IMG/VR virus record: IMGVR_UViG_3300020234_000071
Length of the DNA stretch: 64,000 nt
Strand: one strand, 5' to 3'
DNA from: an uncultured virus (IMG/VR IMGVR_UViG_3300020234_000071)
Lineage: Duplodnaviria > Heunggongvirae > Uroviricota > Caudoviricetes
Of this stretch, positions 59,483 to 64,000 are shown piece by piece. Both the position numbers and the translations under genes were made by a program. The notes beneath the pieces are model-generated. The model saw only the letters and a program-made list of their open reading frames with translations. It was not told the origin of the DNA and did no database searches. Each line of letters starts with the position of its first letter. Positions within the stretch are counted from its first letter, which is position 1.

Positions 59483-59995
59483 ATGAAAGACACAAATTTG
59501 ATTGTAAAAAAGTGTCCAAATTTTAGGTGGTATGAAGTTTGGAAATCATCAACTGCTGATAGGATTGGAATTGATAATGTTACGGATGATGAAATTATTA
59601 TTCAGAATGTTCAGAACTTGGTGACTAATTTACTGCAACCATTGCGGGATGAAGTAGGCCCGATGATGCCCCAATCTTGGTTCAGGGGTGAAGCACTGGA
59701 AAAAGTTTTAACTCAGAGAGCTTTCGGTGCTTGGTGTGCCAAGAAAGAAAAGCAAATTAATTTTCAATCGTGGGCTGAATATTTTAAATTAAAATCCCAC
59801 CCTAAAGGTTCAGCTATAGATGTTGAAGTTTCCAGTATGTCCAATAATGATTTGTACGATCTGGTTAAAAAAGATTTTGAATTTGATCAGCTAATCAGGG
59901 AGTTCCCAAAGAAGGGGGTTCCTGATTCTGGGTGGGTTCATATTTCTTGGGATTCCGATAAGGATAATCGGGGGCAATCTTTTACAATACCGTAG
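59483..59995 (+). CDS. Endolysin, peptidase M15 family
   Basis: S.TA.R.GIDN, LQPLRD, S.FR, SHPKG.A.D, FDQLI.E, WVHIS. Confidence 0.9.
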   Translation: MKDTNLIVKKCPNFRWYEVWKSSTADRIGIDNVTDDEIIIQNVQNLVTNLLQPLRDEVGPMMPQSWFRGEALEKVLTQRAFGAWCAKKEKQINFQSWAEYFKLKSHPKGSAIDVEVSSMSNNDLYDLVKKDFEFDQLIREFPKKGVPDSGWVHISWDSDKDNRGQSFTIP

Positions 59996-60075
59996 GAGAA
60001 TTATGATGGAAATGTTAAAAGTAGTTTGGAACTTTTTAATGGACACAGGGAATGAATTGATACCCAAAAAACGCT

Positions 60076-60399
60076 ATGCATTTGCGGTGGGTTTTGTTGT
60101 TGCCCTGCTTGGGAGTTGGATGTTCTTTGGATAAGTGGTTAAGAATTGCGGAAGTAATGGATGCGTTTCGGCTCATCCCCAGATTACTTTTACTTGCAAC
60201 TTATTCTTTTGTCCTATGGTACACGGTTGACTTTACCCAATTCTATTTCAAGCTAATTGAACTTCCCGAAATTTCAGATTGGAAGTTGGCTGCTTACACT
60301 GCCTTCGGAGGTTTAACAATTCCTGCTATTGCGGGACTCGCAAAAGGAATGACAACTTCTTATTTACAAACAGGTAGGGATTGGAAAAATAAGGAATAA
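60076..60399 (+). CDS. Two-TM membrane protein, probable holin (start likely near 60127-60158)
   Basis: DAFRLIPR + two TM segments in the lysis cassette. Confidence 0.6.
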   Translation: MHLRWVLLLPCLGVGCSLDKWLRIAEVMDAFRLIPRLLLLATYSFVLWYTVDFTQFYFKLIELPEISDWKLAAYTAFGGLTIPAIAGLAKGMTTSYLQTGRDWKNKE

Positions 60400-60403
60400 T
60401 TTT

Positions 60404-60784
60404 ATGTTCAAATATGTATCAATGATTTTGGGTGTAATATTAATGTGGGCTTTTTTTCTCTTGTGGATGAATGAGAAAGAAATTGGTTCACTGACTTTAA
60501 AGAATCAACAACTCACAACTGAACTTGATGTTTCAGAAGGAAATCTTGCCACTGCTGAAATCTCAAATAAACTTCAGTCTGATCAGGTAGCAGCATTCCA
60601 ACAGCAAATAATTAAGATTAGTGCGGAGCGCGAAGAATCCAGAAAGCAAGTTGAGTACGTGCGGAACCTTTTTATGGGTCATGACTTTCGAAGACTTCTT
60701 GAAAAGAAACCGGGACTCATTGAAAAACGAATGATCAAAGCTACAGCAAAAGTTTTGAAGGAGCTAGAAGAAGCTACGCAATGA
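60404..60784 (+). CDS. i-spanin (Rz-like)
   Basis: N-terminal TM, coiled coil, KPGLIE. Confidence 0.75.
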   Translation: MFKYVSMILGVILMWAFFLLWMNEKEIGSLTLKNQQLTTELDVSEGNLATAEISNKLQSDQVAAFQQQIIKISAEREESRKQVEYVRNLFMGHDFRRLLEKKPGLIEKRMIKATAKVLKELEEATQ

Positions 60785-61161
60785 AATACGCTATTTTATT
60801 TTTGACCTTAGTATCACTTTCTGGGTGTGGGATATTCACTAAGGAAAAGATTGTGATCAAAAATGTTCCTGTCTATGTTCCTGTGGTTTGTCCTGATGCC
60901 CAAAAAGTTACATCGATTAGTCCCAGACCTATTAGACCTAGAGCAATTCAAGATGTCGCAGGAATTTGGTGGGTGGCATTAACCCCAGAAGATTATGAAA
61001 ATCTGGCAATCAACACAAAGGAAACAATCAGATTTATTATTGATCAAAGGGGAGTGGTTCAGTATTATCGGGAATGCATAATTACTTTTAATAATAGTAT
61101 TGATAAATTGAAAAACGATTCTGACAAAATTCGGGAACAGATTGATGCCGACTCCGGGTAA
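60781..61161 (+). CDS. o-spanin (Rz1-like lipoprotein)
   Basis: Lipobox LSGC; Pro-rich; YENLA.N...RFI..Q. Confidence 0.78.
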   Translation: MKYAILFLTLVSLSGCGIFTKEKIVIKNVPVYVPVVCPDAQKVTSISPRPIRPRAIQDVAGIWWVALTPEDYENLAINTKETIRFIIDQRGVVQYYRECIITFNNSIDKLKNDSDKIREQIDADSG

Positions 61162-61218
61162 ATCACTTCCACAACAACCCAAAAAGTTTTTGAGGAAACC
61201 AGTGAAGAGAAATAAATA

Positions 61219-61581
61219 ATGGTCAAAATAAGAGATGACCAAGGACATTTCACAACAGCTTCAAAGGTGATTGCTATGATTGCGGGAACAGTAACTTTGC
61301 TGATTGCGTTGGGTACAACAGCATTCCAAATTGATGAACGTCACGCGAATACTCTTGAAGTTGCGGGGCAGTTCAAAGCTATTCAGGATTCACGGCAAGC
61401 ATCTGATCTGCAAAATCAATTAGCCCTGATTCAGATTAGGCTAGATATTCTTGAAGATAGATTGTTTCGGGAACGTCAACAAACTACTCCTAGTCAAACG
61501 TATATTAATAAATTGGAAAATGATATTCAAAGATTGATAACACAGTCTGATCAAATCTATGAACTATGGATTCAACAGTGA
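61219..61581 (+). CDS. Membrane-anchored coiled-coil hypothetical protein
   Basis: TM segment plus heptads. Confidence 0.6.
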   Translation: MVKIRDDQGHFTTASKVIAMIAGTVTLLIALGTTAFQIDERHANTLEVAGQFKAIQDSRQASDLQNQLALIQIRLDILEDRLFRERQQTTPSQTYINKLENDIQRLITQSDQIYELWIQQ

Positions 61582-61701
61582 TTGACAAAGATAGTGCGTA
61601 GGTTATAATTAAATCTGGGAAGTTACTGCTTCCTATATTCGTGTTTTGATTGTTTGTGTGTGAAGCCTCCCTTCAGAAAATCCTGTTGGGGGGCTTTTTT
61701 G
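61582..61701 (+). ncRNA. Candidate sRNA-1 with promoter (TTGACA-16-TATAAT), 5' hairpin, U/G-rich seed and terminator
   Basis: No ORF; seed AUAUUCGUGUUUUGAUUGUUUGUGU is complementary to early-gene leaders. Confidence 0.65.
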
Positions 61702-61725
61702 TGGGTTCACAATAACCCACAACAG

Positions 61726-61840
61726 TTGACAATAAAAAAATCAATGGGATAATGATCATGCCTATGCCTCACAGAACTATCCCCCTGTGAATGGGTGCAA
61801 GCCCTGTCTTCAACTGCCCTTGATGATGGGGCTTATTTTT
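61726..61840 (+). ncRNA. Candidate sRNA-2 with promoter (TTGACA-16-GATAAT) and two hairpins with C-rich loops
   Basis: Loops AACUAUCCCC and ACUGCCCU are exact complements of 63136-63145 and 63051-63058. Confidence 0.65.
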
Positions 61841-61849
61841 GGGGGGCAT

Positions 61850-61880
61850 AAAAAAGGGAGCCTGTCAGGACTCCCAAAAA
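61850..61880 (-). terminator. Intrinsic terminator for the minus-strand early genes
   Basis: GGGAGTCCTG-A-CAGGCTCCC-TTTTTT on the minus strand. Confidence 0.7.
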
Positions 61881-61921
61881 CAACACACGAGTAAATCTTT
61901 AAACTGGAATTTAAAATTCCA

Positions 61922-62406
61922 TTACCGATCTAACCATGTCCACGGGTCTGCTTCATAAAGTTCTTCATCAGATAGTTCTTCATGTTTTGTGTTGGTGGCT
62001 CTGGTCTCATTGTCTTCAATCATGTTATCGATTAAAGCCATTGCATCTTTTTTAGATTCAGCATCCCAAGGGTAGTGATTCATCCCTTCAAGTTTGATCA
62101 TCCAACCAGTGTCATCAACGGCAAGTTCATATCCCCGATAGGAATATTCCCCTGTCTTAATTCGTGTTGCTCTATTCATATCGTTTACTTTATCCAAGTT
62201 CCATTATTGTCAGTAGTCAGAACCATGTTTTTAAGTTTGTAACCATCAGCAGAAACTACCACTACTGAAGACCAATAAAATTTTCCAAGGTCTCCCAACA
62301 TCGGGCAGTATGTGGGTTTGTGATTCCAGTAGACCCGAAGATTTTTCAAAGAAGGGTTTGCCTTTTTGATCATTCGTTTTGCTACAGCAAGTGTTGGTTT
62401 TTTCAT
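61922..62406 (-). other. Two minus-strand early CDSs (62185-62406 and 61922-~62179)
   Basis: Under the promoter at 62442-62470 with AACACGATATG leader. Confidence 0.65.
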
Positions 62407-62573
62407 ATCGTGTTCATCTCTTTGTTTGTTTTCGTACTATAAGTATAGCATAGTTAGAAATATTTGTCAGGTTTATTTGCACTTAATATCAATTTATTTA
62501 TCGAAAAGACCTTGCTTTTATTTGTCAAGGTGCTATACTTAAGGTATACAAACAAACAAAGAGACACACGAAA

Positions 62574-63002
62574 ATGAATACAAATAAAGTTGAATTAAGA
62601 TTTGAAGCAGGATGTGAAGAAGATTGTGGAAGGGCTTTTGAAGTTGCTGATATAATCCATGCCCCTGAAGATTCGATACATGCAAAGATGGAATCTGAAG
62701 ATGGTACTTACTTTGTAATGAGGGTTGTATTGAATGACCCGATGAACACAGACATCAATGAGTTGGTCAAGAAAATTGACTACCTGATGAACCTTTAAAC
62801 GAGACACGAAATGGCAAAACCAAACAAGATGGGAATGAGTGCAAAGCAATTGATGCGGTCTCGCCGCGCTCGATTTGGTATGCCTAAACCTAAGCCTCTT
62901 GGTGATGATTGGGAAGCCTTTTATGACAAGATGGAAAAGGGTGATATGTCTGTTGAGCAAATGAAATCTGAAATGGAAAAGTTGTTGGATAAGAAATCCT
63001 AA
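62574..63002 (+). other. Two early CDSs (62574-62798, 62811-63002)
   Basis: Divergent promoter at 62512-62539; ACACGAA leaders. Confidence 0.65.
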
Positions 63003-63146
63003 TATCTGCTTGACAAATATTTTAAAGTAGTGTAAGCTTAACACATAAGTAGGGCAGTGCTTTCGTTAAATTCCTATCTATTGGTAAGGGAGCGTTTTAC
63101 TTTTCTCTGCTCAAGCAGTAAGCTACAAATAACTAGGGGATAGTTA

Positions 63147-64000
63147 ATGATTAAAAAGGCAGTGAGTGGTTTGATACCACTCATATCTGTGAGGTCAACT
63201 GACCTTCTTCACATTGAGTTTGTTCTGCGGGGTTTGTTTCCCAAGCATAATGTTATGGCTTTGGGTTCCAAGTTCGTTGAGAGTGAAGAGTTGACCCCCC
63301 TATATTATTCCGTTGGAACTTCAAAAGAAAATTCCCTGAACGATCTTTATAATGATGCTGAGCAAAATGAATACTCAGTAATATTTATCAATCATGACCC
63401 AGACCCAAGATTAATGGAGTGTGGGGAATTAGTCCCAGATGAAAAAACAATTCATCAAATGCTTAAGGGAGAAATCCCAACTAAAATTCTGAAAGAATCT
63501 GTTGCCTATCTCAAGGGTTTGACAGTTCAACATATCAAACAAACACTTTCCCTTTGCTCTATCTACTACGATCAGATTTCCGTGGAGAGCATCCGCAAAA
63601 CCAAAGAAAGATTATTCATTCATCAAACGGGAATTACAAAAGTTGACCCTGAGACCCCATTTTATTTTGGTGGAAATAATTTGTCTTTGTGGGTAGCTGA
63701 AAATAAACCTTATATGTTTGCGGATGTCGATCATAGATTAGTTCCCAAAGGGGTTTTGATGTACGGGGAATCTGGGACAGGTAAAACTGAATTTTCAAAA
63801 TATGTTGCGCGGGAATGGGGGCTATCTTTATTTCTGTTGGATGTTAATTCCATGCTATCGAAATGGCAGGGAGAAGCAGAGCATCATCTGAACCAAGCAC
63901 TTGTAACATTGGATAAGGAAAGCCCGTGCATAGTTTTGTTTGATGAAGTGGAAAAGCTTTTCATGAACAATAGCGAAAACGATACAAGCCAAAGATTGTT
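63147..64000 (+). CDS. AAA+ ATPase (Ycf46/CDC48-like), 3' partial, absent from the ORF track
   Basis: Manual translation: PKGVLMYGESGTGKT, SKWQGEAE, PCIVLFDEVEK; in frame with ATG 63147. Confidence 0.88.
   Translation, partial: MIKKAVSGLIPLISVRSTDLLHIEFVLRGLFPKHNVMALGSKFVESEELTPLYYSVGTSKENSLNDLYNDAEQNEYSVIFINHDPDPRLMECGELVPDEKTIHQMLKGEIPTKILKESVAYLKGLTVQHIKQTLSLCSIYYDQISVESIRKTKERLFIHQTGITKVDPETPFYFGGNNLSLWVAENKPYMFADVDHRLVPKGVLMYGESGTGKTEFSKYVAREWGLSLFLLDVNSMLSKWQGEAEHHLNQALVTLDKESPCIVLFDEVEKLFMNNSENDTSQRL

Noticed and set aside
1..64000. Prophage or lysogeny module
   Set aside because: No integrase, CI-like repressor or host genes recognised in this window; lifestyle cannot be determined

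Overview
The window is about 64 kb of a tailed dsDNA bacteriophage genome, most likely a siphovirus of a Gram-negative host. Sigma70-type promoters, perfect CRP boxes, spanins and a YadA-type anchor point to a gammaproteobacterial host. Gene order: 3' end of the large terminase; about 1 kb of non-coding control or terminus DNA (612-1670); a minus-strand block with an HNH gene and about 1 kb of tRNAs plus tRNA-like ncRNAs; many short early genes under strong promoters; nucleotide-metabolism genes; a truncated PPDK-like dikinase with two CX5R phosphatases and a CsrA-like gene; family A DNA polymerase; head genes (portal, MuF-zeta kinase fusion, protease, scaffold, capsid); tail genes with a -1 frameshift chaperone; fibre and collagen-like proteins; lysis genes; two stand-alone small RNAs; and a partial AAA ATPase. 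No integrase, CRISPR array or rRNA was seen. The most interesting unannotated signals form an RNA-level regulatory layer: one sRNA is complementary to a leader motif shared by early genes, a second has two loops exactly complementary to the AAA-ATPase 5' UTR, and an array of long-stem T-loop RNAs sits beside the tRNAs. Also notable are an 18-bp site recurring roughly every 5-10 kb, a CRP class II promoter firing into G-quadruplex motifs, and apparent avoidance of CCWGG and GGATC. All protein calls come from motif recognition by eye; no database searches were run.
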